DNA of 52,749 nucleotides from Chloroflexota bacterium (lineage in GTDB: Bacteria > Chloroflexota > Dehalococcoidia > SM23-28-2 > RBG-16-64-32). The notes beneath the pieces were generated by a model. The model worked only from the letters and a program-made list of their open reading frames with translations, was not told where the DNA came from and ran no database searches. The position numbers and the translations under genes were made by a program. The stretch lies in contig JADFRV010000001.1 in the NCBI GenBank assembly GCA_022561095.1, forward strand, positions 11,243 through 63,991, given 5' to 3'. Shown piece after piece: positions 39,251 through 47,658 of the stretch. How positions within the stretch are numbered: the stretch's first letter is position 1; every line of letters begins with the position of its first letter.

Positions 39251-40480
39251 CTAGGCCACGTGCGCGCCTACGGCGACGCCCCGGTACTCGGAGACTAGCT
39301 CGTGGTAGACGTCTTCCACCTGGCTGGCGACCTCCGCCCAGCGGAAGCGCTCCACGGCGGAGCGGGCCATACGGCCCAGGCTGCGGCGAAGGGGCTCGTT
39401 GTCCAACAGAAGCTCCAGCCGCTCCGCGAACGGTTCCGGACAGCGCCGTGACACCAGATAGCCGGTCTCACCGTGTCGTACGGTCTCCAGGAGCCCGCCG
39501 ACCCGGGACGCCACCACGGGGACGCCGCAGGCCATCGCCTCCAGGGCCACGAGACCGAAGCTCTCGTAGAAGGAGGGGACGACGCAGATATCGGCGGCGT
39601 TGTAATAGAGCGGCAACTGCTCGTGCGGGACTGCGTCTCGGAAGACGACGCGCCCGGCGATGCCCAGCTCGTCCGCGAGCTGCTGCAGCTCTGCCTTGCG
39701 ACGGGCTTCCTTGCCGTCACCGCCAACGACGAGAAGACGAAAGTGGCCCTCCGTCTCGGCGGCCGCGCGCAGGAGGATATCGATACCTTTCAGGGGCTCG
39801 ATGCGGCCCACGTAAAGGACCAAGGGCTCGTCCTGGGACAGGCCCAGCTCGCGGCGGACGCTACCGCGTGGCATGGGGCGGAAATGGTCCGTGTCCACGC
39901 CGCAGGGTACTTGCACCGCTCGCTCTGGAGACACGCCGTAGAACTCGATCAGCGCCCGTCGTTCCCCCTCGCTGGCGCAGATGATACGGTCGGCACCCTG
40001 TGCGACCAGCCGCTCCCCGGCGATACGATAATCGGGCTCGTGCTCGCTGAAGTGGGCACGGTTCTTCACTTCGCCCAGGGTGTGGAACATGATGACGTGC
40101 GGGACGTTCCAGCGGACCTTGAGCGCCTGTCCTACCCAGCCGGAGAGCCAGTAGTGGCTGTGGACGAGGTCATAGGAGCGCCCCTGCTCCTCCTGGAAGC
40201 GGATGACGCCGCAGCGAAACTCCGGCAGGTATTGCTGCAGCGATACCTTCTTCGCCTCCAACGGCCCCGCCTCGATCTGGATGATCCGCGTTCGACCATC
40301 GATCTCCACCACCTGGGGCGTGTCCGGATCAGTGCGGCGGGTGAAGATGTCCATAGTGTGGGCGCGACGGCAGAGCTGCCGACTCAGCTCACGCATGTAG
40401 ACGTTCATGCCACCGCTATCGCGGGTGCCGGGGCGGGCCAGGGGCGAGGTGTGGACGGAGATAACCGCTATGTTACACAT
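39251..40480 (-). CDS. GT4 glycosyltransferase, MshA-like (D-inositol-3-phosphate glycosyltransferase-like)
   Basis: 409 aa. The N-terminus IAVISVHTSPLARPGTRDSGGMNVYMRELSRQL closely resembles the actinobacterial MshA signature SVHTSPLxQPGTGDAGGMNVY. The C-terminal portion contains a GT4 E-x7-E-like region (ESFGLVALEAMACGVPVV). Confidence 0.85.
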   Translation of the reverse strand: MCNIAVISVHTSPLARPGTRDSGGMNVYMRELSRQLCRRAHTMDIFTRRTDPDTPQVVEIDGRTRIIQIEAGPLEAKKVSLQQYLPEFRCGVIRFQEEQGRSYDLVHSHYWLSGWVGQALKVRWNVPHVIMFHTLGEVKNRAHFSEHEPDYRIAGERLVAQGADRIICASEGERRALIEFYGVSPERAVQVPCGVDTDHFRPMPRGSVRRELGLSQDEPLVLYVGRIEPLKGIDILLRAAAETEGHFRLLVVGGDGKEARRKAELQQLADELGIAGRVVFRDAVPHEQLPLYYNAADICVVPSFYESFGLVALEAMACGVPVVASRVGGLLETVRHGETGYLVSRRCPEPFAERLELLLDNEPLRRSLGRMARSAVERFRWAEVASQVEDVYHELVSEYRGVAVGAHVA

Positions 40481-40505
40481 ACGTCACTCAATGATAATAC
40501 ACCCG

Positions 40506-41501
40506 TCACTTACGGCGCACCGTACATCGATACACCGGAACGTCCTTAGCGCCCAGGTCGTACTTGTAGGGCTCATGCCCGCGCAGGAAGTCGAACCGGC
40601 TCTTCCCCTCCTCGATAGCCTTCCGTAATGCGAGCGCTTTGGAGAGGAGCCCCACCGAGAGGTAGGCGTAGTTCGGGTCGTAGCCGCTGTTGTAGAGAAG
40701 CGACTCTCCTCCCTCGCAGAAGCAGAGGACGGCGGCCACCCGCACGCCGCCCAGGTTGAGGAAGATGAGTTCAACCCTCCCCTCGGCGGCCAGGGCGGAG
40801 ACGATAGCGCGGAAGAAGCGCTCCATCTGCTCAGTCATGAAGGCGACCTTATCGGAGCGGCTTTCGCGATACAGGCGCAGGAAGTCGTCCAACGCCGCCA
40901 CCACGGCCGCCGGCTCATCGACCGTCTCCAGTTCGACTTCGCCGGCCTGGCCAAGCTTACGCAGCTTGCGGCGCAGCTCGTGCCGGTCCTTCCTGTCGAG
41001 GCTCGCCAGATACTCGCTCCAGGTGGAGGGCAGGTCAAGCTGGGGACAGACGTCCTCGGTTTCGATATCCACCCTCAGGCCGAACCGGGGCGACACCGCC
41101 TTCAACGCCTCCAGGGTGGGAGACCCGTCAGGGACGGCCCACAGGACGAGCTCCTGCCAGGGCTCCTCGCCCAGGCTGCGCAGCACCGCTGACAGCACGG
41201 CCTCCTCTTCGCCTGCGGCGGCGATGAAGTCCATATAGTCGCATATCTCGGTATCGCCGGCGAAACAGAGACGGTCGCCATCGCGCATCAACGGCGCCAC
41301 GCCTACCAGCTCGCCGCCGTTCCGCACCGAGAGCAGGATGAGGTCACGCCCGGCGCCGAACTCTTGCCACCATACGCGCAGCCAGGTAGGGGATGCGAAC
41401 AGCTTGTTCATGCTGGCGCGGGTCAGCAGCGCCCGCCATTCCTCGCAAAAGGCAGGCTCCAGCTCCTCCCTCACCACGCTGTATCCCACGGTGTATCCCA
41501 C
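40506..41501 (-). CDS. GNAT-fold acyltransferase, CelD/BioF2-like (FemAB-related) family
   Basis: 331 aa. Contains WRALLTRASMNKLFASPTWLRVWWQEFG and SLLYNSGYDPNYAYLSVGLL, typical of the CelD-like acetyltransferase family. The start is 1 nt after the folE stop. Confidence 0.7.
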   Translation of the reverse strand: MGYTVGYSVVREELEPAFCEEWRALLTRASMNKLFASPTWLRVWWQEFGAGRDLILLSVRNGGELVGVAPLMRDGDRLCFAGDTEICDYMDFIAAAGEEEAVLSAVLRSLGEEPWQELVLWAVPDGSPTLEALKAVSPRFGLRVDIETEDVCPQLDLPSTWSEYLASLDRKDRHELRRKLRKLGQAGEVELETVDEPAAVVAALDDFLRLYRESRSDKVAFMTEQMERFFRAIVSALAAEGRVELIFLNLGGVRVAAVLCFCEGGESLLYNSGYDPNYAYLSVGLLSKALALRKAIEEGKSRFDFLRGHEPYKYDLGAKDVPVYRCTVRRK

Positions 41502-41502
41502 C

Positions 41503-42045
41503 CTAGGCCCCTCTCACCAGGGCCAGGAACTCAGAGCGGGTGACGGCGCGACGGCGGAAAGCGCCCCTGATGGCGGAGGTGATGAGGGTGGTGCCGGGCT
41601 TCTGCACGCCCCGCATGGTCATGCACAGGTGCTCCGCCTCAATCACCACGGCCACGCCGTCCGGCGATAGCCCCTCCGTGATGGCATCCGCTACCTGGCC
41701 GGTGAGGCGTTCCTGCAGCTGTGGACGGCGGGCCAGAATATCGACCACGCGGGCGATCTTGCTGGCGCCAACGATGCGCCCCTTCGGTACGTAGCCCACG
41801 TGGGCCTGGCCGTGAAAGGGCAGAAAGTGATGCTCGCACAGGGAGTAGAAGGGGATGTTCTTGAGGATGACCATCTCCCGGTGAGACTCCTGGAAGCTGG
41901 TAGAGAGCACCTCCCGCGGGTCCTGGTGGAGGCCGGTGAACAGCTCCTCATACATCTCGGCGATACGGCGGGGCGTATCGAGGAGCCCCTCCCTGCTGGG
42001 GTCCTCACCTATCGCCTCGATAATGCGGCGTACGGCGTCGCGCAC
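41503..42045 (-). CDS. folE: GTP cyclohydrolase I (FolE type 1)
   Basis: 180 aa with a GTG start. Contains EAIGEDPSREGLLDTPRRIAEMY and CEHHFLPFHGQAHVGYVP. Confidence 0.93.
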   Translation of the reverse strand: MRDAVRRIIEAIGEDPSREGLLDTPRRIAEMYEELFTGLHQDPREVLSTSFQESHREMVILKNIPFYSLCEHHFLPFHGQAHVGYVPKGRIVGASKIARVVDILARRPQLQERLTGQVADAITEGLSPDGVAVVIEAEHLCMTMRGVQKPGTTLITSAIRGAFRRRAVTRSEFLALVRGA

Positions 42046-42141
42046 TCCGGCCTGATCTACATCGTCTCGATAGTCGCTCTCACTCCATTGAGTCCTTACG
42101 TCACCACTGGTTCGGCGGTTTCTGAGTTGGGCGGCCCGTAC

Positions 42142-42150
42142 ATTCTAACA
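42142..42150 (-). promoter_or_regulatory. Candidate extended -10 element for folE
   Basis: TGTTAGAAT on the minus strand, ~95 nt upstream of the folE GTG. The -35 is weak. Confidence 0.3.
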
Positions 42151-42310
42151 GCAAGCGGCGGCGGGGAGAAAGCGGCATGGTGGTGGAATTTGTTTGGTAG
42201 AAATGGGTTGCTAAATTACGGAATTATTCTAGAATTGGACTGCTTATCACAGCCAGCGGAAGCCCTTAGTTACTAGCTTGTGCTTACACCCTCCGCGGCC
42301 CCGTCTACAC

Positions 42311-42339
42311 CTGACGCCGTACTCTGTGTTTGTTAGACT
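42311..42339 (+). promoter_or_regulatory. Candidate promoter of the SRAP gene; leaderless geometry
   Basis: CTGACG (42311-42316), 17-nt spacer, TAGACT (42334-42339). The ATG at 42346 is 6 nt after the -10 and there is no SD. Confidence 0.45.
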
Positions 42340-42345
42340 CATGAC

Positions 42346-43029
42346 ATGTGCGGGCGCTTCACACTGTCCAGGCAGGACCGCGTAAGCCTGGCACGCGAAC
42401 TCGGCGTTCCCTTAGGCCAGCTTCCCGAAGATAGCTATCGGCCCAGATTCAACATCGCGCCCACCAACAGACACTGGATCATGCGCATGGAGTACGAGGA
42501 CCGAGAGTTGCTTCGCGCCCGGTGGGGGTTAATTAACCACTGGGCAAAGGATCCCAAGGCCGGCTATAGGCAGATAAACGCCCGGGCAGAGACGTTGGAC
42601 CAAAGGCCGGCCTTCCGAGATGCTTTCATGAAGAGGCGCTGCGCTGTGCCAGCGGATGGATTCTTTGAGTGGGCGGGGCCGAAGGGACAACGACAGCCCA
42701 TCTGGTTCCACCGGCCCGATGGTGGGGTTCTGCTGTTCGCTGGGCTCTACGAGTCGTGGCAACGCGAGCCAGGCGAGTGGGAGCCGACGTTCACCATCAT
42801 CACTACCGATGCAAACGCAACGCTTGAGCCTGTGCACGACCGGATGCCGGTCATCCTGCCGGATGAGGTTGTCGATGAGTGGCTCTACTCGCGGCGAGAC
42901 GATCACTCCGTGCTGAAGGGGCTTCTCGCTCCCGCCAGCGACGACCTGCTGGTGGGCACGCCCGTCTCGCCCCGCGTCAACTCGATCAAGAACGATGACC
43001 CCGCGTGCCTTGAGCCGATACCGCCGTAG
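42346..43029 (+). CDS. yedK: SOS response-associated peptidase (SRAP/YedK, abasic-site DNA-protein crosslink family)
   Basis: 227 aa. Starts MCGRFTL (Cys2 nucleophile). Contains RFNIAPT, WGLINHWAKD, NARAETL, FEW and HDRMPVIL. Confidence 0.9.
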   Translation: MCGRFTLSRQDRVSLARELGVPLGQLPEDSYRPRFNIAPTNRHWIMRMEYEDRELLRARWGLINHWAKDPKAGYRQINARAETLDQRPAFRDAFMKRRCAVPADGFFEWAGPKGQRQPIWFHRPDGGVLLFAGLYESWQREPGEWEPTFTIITTDANATLEPVHDRMPVILPDEVVDEWLYSRRDDHSVLKGLLAPASDDLLVGTPVSPRVNSIKNDDPACLEPIPP

Positions 43030-43199
43030 CCGCGCCGTTGACAGCCGCCCAGCCCAGCCTGCCTGCCGGTAGGCAGGGCGCACAATCGCGGCGGGCATGC
43101 CCCCGACGCGAGATTCTTCGCGGAGTCTATCCTGAGCGGAACTCCGGTTCTTCTCCACCTCAGGCGGATCAGAATGACAGGCTAGGGGGACGGTTCCCC

Positions 43200-44273
43200 C
43201 TACGTGAGGGCCATCGCCCGCTCCACCGCGTCCAGCTCGGCCGGAACCTCGGTCATCTCGGCCTGGTCGGCCAGAGCGGTCTCCGGGTCCTTCAGGCCGT
43301 GACCGGTGATTATACAGACCACGGTCTTTTCGGCCAGCTCCAGGCTCGGCCCCGCCTTCAGCAGGCCGGCCACGCAGGCCGCCGACGCGGGCTCAGCGAA
43401 GATGCCCTCTTCCTGAGCGAGCAGGTGGTAGGCGGCCATGATCTCATCGTCGGTAACGGCATCGATAGCGCCGCCGGACTCGTTGCTGGCGGCGAGGGCG
43501 CCCTTCCAGCCGGCCGGGTTACCGATGCGGATGGCGGAGGCTACGGTCTCCGGGTTCTCCACTGGCTCACCGCGGACTATGGGTGCGGCGCCGGCGGCCT
43601 GCCAGCCCATCATCCGCGGCTTCCGGGCGGCGATCTCCGCCTGATAGTACTCGACGAACCCGCGCCAGTAGGCGGTAATGTTCCCCGCGTTGCCCACCGG
43701 GATGAACAGCAGGTCGGGGGCGTCACCCAGAGCGTCCACGATCTCGAAGGCGGCGGTCTTCTGTCCCTGGATGCGGTTGGGGTTGATGGAGTTGACCATC
43801 GCCACGGGGTGGCGGCCGCTGATCTCGCGCGCGATCTCCAGGGCGGCATCAAAGTTCCCCTGAATGGCGAGGACACGGGCGCCGTGCGCGACCGCCTGAG
43901 CCAGCTTACCGCGTGCGATATTGCCGCGGGGCACCAGCACAAAGGCATCCAGGCCGCAGTGGGCGGCGTAGGCGGCAGCGGAAGCGCTGGTGTTGCCGGT
44001 AGAGGCGCAGAGCACCGCCTTCGCCCCCTCCTCAACCGCCTTGGCGACGGCGACGACCATACCGCGGTCCTTGAAGGAGCCCGTGGGGTTGCACATCTCC
44101 AGCTTGAAGTACAGCCGCTCACAGCCTACGCGCTCGGCCAGCCGACGCGAGAGCACCAGGGGCGTCTCGCCTTCCCCAAGGTAGAACATCGGTGTCGCAT
44201 CGGTGACGGGAAGGCGATCCCGATAGCGGTGGAGGATACCCTCGCGGGCGCTATTGCTCGGCCTTGAAATCAC
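43200..44273 (-). CDS. thrC: Threonine synthase
   Basis: 357 aa with a GTG start. Contains YRDRLPVTDATPMFYLGEGETPLV, the PLP lysine motif NPTGSFKDRG, and ASTGNTSASAAAYA. Confidence 0.93.
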   Translation of the reverse strand: MISRPSNSAREGILHRYRDRLPVTDATPMFYLGEGETPLVLSRRLAERVGCERLYFKLEMCNPTGSFKDRGMVVAVAKAVEEGAKAVLCASTGNTSASAAAYAAHCGLDAFVLVPRGNIARGKLAQAVAHGARVLAIQGNFDAALEIAREISGRHPVAMVNSINPNRIQGQKTAAFEIVDALGDAPDLLFIPVGNAGNITAYWRGFVEYYQAEIAARKPRMMGWQAAGAAPIVRGEPVENPETVASAIRIGNPAGWKGALAASNESGGAIDAVTDDEIMAAYHLLAQEEGIFAEPASAACVAGLLKAGPSLELAEKTVVCIITGHGLKDPETALADQAEMTEVPAELDAVERAMALT

Positions 44274-45255
44274 CCTGGGTCAGCTCCTTGATCTCCTGGG
44301 CCAGCGTCTCCAGCTGGCGGCGCCGCTGCCTCTCCATGGTGCGGACCAGCCGCTTGAGCTGCTCGAACACCGTCTCACGCTGCTGTTGCACCTCCTCCGC
44401 TAGCTCCATGAGGCGATCGGCCTGCCTCTCAGTGCGCTCATCGACGCGGGCCAGGCCCTGGATGAACTCAGCGGTGCGCTCAGACAGCTTCGTGGTGGAG
44501 GACTCCATCTTGGCCAGATGCTCGATCATCTGCTGCCGCTCAAAGCGGGCGCGGTCCAGCTGCTCCTTGATCTCCCTCGGCAGACTCAGATCTCGCTCAA
44601 ACTTTGCGACCCTCTCCTCCTCACGGTGAACCCTCTCCTCGTACAGGGTCACCCTCTCCTCCATCTCCCCGTCGCGCTTGTGGAGAGCTTCGATGTCGGT
44701 GGCGAGAGCGTCCATCCGGTGCTCCAGGCGCAGGGCGGTTTCCAGGTTGCGGGCGCCCCGGCTAGTGAGCTCCTCAACCTCATGGCCCAAGGTCTGCTGA
44801 GAATGACGAAGCCCCGCAATCGCCTCCTCCACGTGACGCAGAGACTCCTCCAGACGCTGGCTGCGGCTCTCGAACTGGCCCACAGATTGCGCGGCGGCCT
44901 CCGCCTGCTTCAGGAGAGCGGCCCGCTCGCGGCGCTCGCGCTCAAGGTCAGACTGCTGCTGACGGCTCAACTCCTCGGCGCGGCCGGCCAGCTCGTTGTG
45001 ACGATCCTGGAGCCGGTTAGCCTGGCTGCGAAGCTCACGGATCCCCTCTAGAACGCCGGGAAGGGCAGCCGCCCCGTCGGAACCGCCGACGCTCTCCTCA
45101 AGCTTGTGCAGGCCGCTGTCCAGGTTCCATATCTGGTCCAGCGCCTGCTTCAGCTCATGCTCAACCTTGTGCAGAGCAGCCTTAGCCTGACGGAGCTCCT
45201 CGTCCAAGTACTGGAGACGGTTCTCTGTGGACGCTTCCTTTTTCTCCACACTCAT
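44251..45255 (-). CDS. Hypothetical coiled-coil protein (334 aa)
   Basis: An uninterrupted E/R/L/Q/A-rich ORF with heptad-like periodicity throughout. The ATG is 1 nt after the hom stop and the stop lies 23 nt inside thrC. No enzymatic motif or TM segment was seen. Confidence 0.65.
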   Translation of the reverse strand: MSVEKKEASTENRLQYLDEELRQAKAALHKVEHELKQALDQIWNLDSGLHKLEESVGGSDGAAALPGVLEGIRELRSQANRLQDRHNELAGRAEELSRQQQSDLERERRERAALLKQAEAAAQSVGQFESRSQRLEESLRHVEEAIAGLRHSQQTLGHEVEELTSRGARNLETALRLEHRMDALATDIEALHKRDGEMEERVTLYEERVHREEERVAKFERDLSLPREIKEQLDRARFERQQMIEHLAKMESSTTKLSERTAEFIQGLARVDERTERQADRLMELAEEVQQQRETVFEQLKRLVRTMERQRRRQLETLAQEIKELTQGDFKAEQ

Positions 45256-45256
45256 G

Positions 45257-46543
45257 TCAGTCGTCCACCCTCAGCAGGTTGCCGATGCTGACCACTTCAG
45301 GGAGATCACGAACCTGCACAGCGGTCGCCTGCACCGCCTCCTCACGGGCAGGGTGCGTCATGATCACCAGCTCCGCGGTCTGAGCGGCCTCGTCCGTCTC
45401 CTTCTGGATGACCGAGGCGATGCTTACATCGTGGTCACCGAAGGCGCGGGCGATACCGGCGAGGACGCCAGGCCGGTCGGCCACCTCCAGGCGAATGTAG
45501 TAACGGGTCACCAGCTCTGCGAGGGGCTTAACTGCCACCTCGGCGGTGTAACGCCAGGGAAAAGGCCGACCACCCTGGACGATAGCGCGGGCGGCGTCCA
45601 GAACGTCCGCCATGACGGCGGACGTGGTGGGTAGAGAGCCCGCTCCGGCGCCCTGGAAGAGAACCCGCCCGCTGAGATCGCCCTCGATCTGCACGGCGTT
45701 GAGAGCACCGTCCACCTTGGCCAGCAGCTCCTCCTCAGGTACCAGGGTTGGGTGAACGCGCACCTGCAGGGATGAGCCCTCCCGGCGGGCGACGGCCAGC
45801 AGCTTTATGGCGTAGCCAAGCTCGCGGGCGTAGCGGAAATCACGGGGCGCCAGGCCGCCGATCCCCTCGCGACGAATGTCGTCAGGGCCGATGCGGGTGT
45901 GAAAGGCCAGACTGGCGAGGATCGCCAGCTTGTAGGCGGCGTCGTGCCCATCGATGTCGTTGGTCGGGTCAGCTTCGGCATAGCCCAACTCCTGCGCCTG
46001 GGCCAGGGCAGTGGCGAAGTCCAGGCCATCCCTGCTCATACGAGTGAGGATGTAGTTGGTGGTGCCGTTGATAATGGCACGGACGCTGGATATCTCGTTA
46101 GCGGAAAGGTCGCGTTTGAGGGGAGAGATGATGGGGATACCGCCACCGACGCTGGCCTCGTACAGGATATCCACCCCTTTCTCGGCCGCCAGGCTTAGCA
46201 GCTCCGGCCCGTGTTTGGCCATCACCTCTTTGTTGGCGGTAACCACATAGCGGCCGCGGGAGAGGGCCTCCCTAATGAGACCGTAAGCAGGATTCTCACC
46301 GCCCAGCAACTCTACGACGATGTCCACATCGCCGGATACGGCCTCCTCCGCATCGGCCGTAAGGAGGCTGGGGTCAAGCTTGACCGCCCGCTCCTTGTCC
46401 AGGTGACGTACGAGGACACGTCGCAGCGCGAGGGAGGCGCCGACGCGCTGGGAGTAGGTGTCAGCTCTCTCGCTGAGAGCACCGGCGACGCCGCCGCCAA
46501 CCACTCCCAGCCCCAGCAGCACGATGTTTACCTGTGCGGGCAC
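45257..46543 (-). CDS. hom: Homoserine dehydrogenase (with C-terminal ACT domain)
   Basis: The GTG at 46543 (GAGG 7 nt upstream) gives (M)PAQVNIVLLGLGVVGGGVAGAL, a Rossmann motif. Contains GGGIPII and an ACT-like tail RYYIRLEVADRPGVLA. The ORF-track start at 46711 overlaps the ppiC-type gene. Confidence 0.92.
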   Translation of the reverse strand: MPAQVNIVLLGLGVVGGGVAGALSERADTYSQRVGASLALRRVLVRHLDKERAVKLDPSLLTADAEEAVSGDVDIVVELLGGENPAYGLIREALSRGRYVVTANKEVMAKHGPELLSLAAEKGVDILYEASVGGGIPIISPLKRDLSANEISSVRAIINGTTNYILTRMSRDGLDFATALAQAQELGYAEADPTNDIDGHDAAYKLAILASLAFHTRIGPDDIRREGIGGLAPRDFRYARELGYAIKLLAVARREGSSLQVRVHPTLVPEEELLAKVDGALNAVQIEGDLSGRVLFQGAGAGSLPTTSAVMADVLDAARAIVQGGRPFPWRYTAEVAVKPLAELVTRYYIRLEVADRPGVLAGIARAFGDHDVSIASVIQKETDEAAQTAELVIMTHPAREEAVQATAVQVRDLPEVVSIGNLLRVDD

Positions 46544-46556
46544 GGCACCGCCTCGC

Positions 46557-47579
46557 CTAGCTCTGGTAGGCACGATCGAGAGCCCACTCGATCTTTCTCG
46601 CGTCTCCACCGGCCAAGTCCATGTTGTCGACGATGGTGAGGGTCTCCCTCTTCTCCTGGATCCAATCCGCCAAGGCGCCGGCCGCCAGCGGGGCTCTCTG
46701 GGTTTCCTCAACTTCGCGGTCTTCAGCCTTCTCCTGCATCTCTACGACGACCACGCCCTGGGGAAGGGGGATCGTCGTGATCTCGTTGGGCTCCAGTGCG
46801 AACACCAACTCCTCCGTATTGGGGGTCAATACGCCACTCGGCACCCAGCCCACTTCGCCGCCGCTGTCCTTGGTCTCCACATCCAGCGAGCTCTCGGCAG
46901 CCAGGGCGGCAAAGTCTGCCCCGTCCTCGAGCTGCTGCTTTATGTCGTCGGCGGTGGCCTGCTCGCTCACAATTATCTGGCGGTAGCGTACGGACTCCGC
47001 CGATTCCGGCACCTCCTCCTTGAAGTTCTGCTGCAGCTTGTCCAGCAGGACGCTTGCCTGCACCATCAGCCGATACTCCTCTTCGGAGAGACCGCTGCGG
47101 GCCAGCTCCTGCTGGAAGACGACATCGAAGGTTTCGTCGTCGGCGGTGATGCCCAGACGGGTGGCGATCTCCTGTAGTATCTCCTCTTCGCTGGCGGTAA
47201 TGTCGAACTCGCCCGCGAAGCGGCGCACTATCTCCTCCTCGATAAGGAGGGTGGGTACCTGAGACAAAGCGGTGACTTGATCAACGACGCCCGGTCCGCC
47301 GTTCTGGTCCACGAATATTTTCAAGCGGTCGCTGAAGTAGTCCAGCCGGAAGCGGGTATCATCTACCTGGATGGCAGTGGAACCCGGACGCCTCTGGGCC
47401 TCCAGTTCGTCGGCCAAGAAGGCGTAGCCTACGACGCCTAGGCCGGTAGCCATTAGCAGGCCTATGACTATCGCTCCGTAGAACTGAAAGCCGCGTCCGA
47501 TAACGCGGCTGCTAATCGCGCCTCGGGGGCGATCCCAAGCAGGCGTGGGTATCTTCGCCTGACGGCGCCTCTTAGGCAC
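46557..47579 (-). CDS. Membrane-anchored parvulin-type peptidyl-prolyl isomerase (PpiC/PrsA/SurA-like)
   Basis: 340 aa with a GTG start and GGAAGGAG RBS. N-terminal TM segment FYGAIVIGLLMATGLGVVGYAFL. Rotamase region VRYRQIIVSEQATADDIKQQLEDGADFAALAAESSLDVETKDSGGEVGWV. Confidence 0.85.
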   Translation of the reverse strand: MPKRRRQAKIPTPAWDRPRGAISSRVIGRGFQFYGAIVIGLLMATGLGVVGYAFLADELEAQRRPGSTAIQVDDTRFRLDYFSDRLKIFVDQNGGPGVVDQVTALSQVPTLLIEEEIVRRFAGEFDITASEEEILQEIATRLGITADDETFDVVFQQELARSGLSEEEYRLMVQASVLLDKLQQNFKEEVPESAESVRYRQIIVSEQATADDIKQQLEDGADFAALAAESSLDVETKDSGGEVGWVPSGVLTPNTEELVFALEPNEITTIPLPQGVVVVEMQEKAEDREVEETQRAPLAAGALADWIQEKRETLTIVDNMDLAGGDARKIEWALDRAYQS

Positions 47580-47658
47580 GCGCCGTCTCCTTCCGTGGAC
47601 TAGGCCGGAGAAACATCTCGGGATCCAGCGTCGCCCCGATGTGGGGCAGGGCGTGACG

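Noticed and set aside
43183-43202. 8-bp hairpin TAGGGGGA-cggt-TCCCCCTA overlapping the thrC stop, and CCTGCCT-gccggt-AGGCAGG at about 43058-43078 after the SRAP gene.
   Set aside because: These are plausible terminators for the convergent pair, but neither is followed by a U-tract on the relevant strand. They are too weak to list as features.
46544-46711. N-terminal extensions proposed by the ORF track for hom (to 46711). The same applies to the 50370 gene (to 51740), S19 (to 31085), S10 (to 33935), L4 (to 33014), mtnA (6224), apt (5402) and the GNAT gene (8033).
   Set aside because: The extensions overlap the preceding gene out of frame and lack homology-like sequence. Internal starts with RBSs reproduce the canonical N-termini.
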